From Candidatus Thorarchaeota archaeon (lineage in GTDB: Archaea; Asgardarchaeota; Thorarchaeia; Thorarchaeales; Thorarchaeaceae): 11,060 bases of DNA. The notes below the pieces were generated by a model. The model searched no databases. It was not told the DNA's origin and worked only from the letters and a program-made list of their open reading frames with translations. A program made the translations under genes and the position numbers. Where the stretch lies: positions 1 to 11,060 of the forward strand of contig JAEOTX010000021.1 in NCBI GenBank assembly GCA_016839605.1. Reading direction: 5' to 3'. How positions within the stretch are numbered: the stretch's first letter is position 1; each line of letters opens with the position of its first letter. Shown here in pieces: positions 10,988 to 11,060 of this stretch.

Positions 10988-11060
10988 ATGATGGACAAGG
11001 AAGTTCCCAAGTGCAGACAGGACTCCTCAGTACTCTGTGACGACACATGCGTCTACAAGA
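10988..11060 (+). CDS. 5' end of a Cys-rich hypothetical protein, truncated by the window edge
   Basis: ATG 9 nt after the SH3 gene stop, open to the edge: MMDKEVPKCRQDSSVLCDDTCVYK... (C-x7-C-x3-C). Only 24 codons are visible. Confidence 0.5.
   Translation, partial: MMDKEVPKCRQDSSVLCDDTCVYK

Overview
Archaeal chromosomal window. Positions 1-8715 hold the conserved RNA polymerase/ribosomal-protein cluster: 5'-truncated single-chain rpoB (rpo2), rpoA1, rpoA2, rpl30e, nusA, rps12 and rps7. Unsplit Rpo2 with split Rpo1 fits TACK/Asgard-type lineages among others; Asgard is my guess, not a demonstrated result. Unusual points in the cluster: a ~50-aa histone-H1-like Lys/Ala/Pro/Thr tail fused to the N-terminus of RpoA2, a small 2-TM orphan gene inserted between nusA and rps12, three TTG starts, a hairpin leader before rps12, and no elongation factor gene after rps7. 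From 8828 the window is accessory: an EamA/DMT transporter, two tandem paralogous small membrane-protein genes on the minus strand (the second has an in-frame TAA that the ORF track hides), a divergently transcribed tandem-SH3 protein with eukaryote-like ligand-binding motifs, and the Cys-rich start of a further gene at the right edge.
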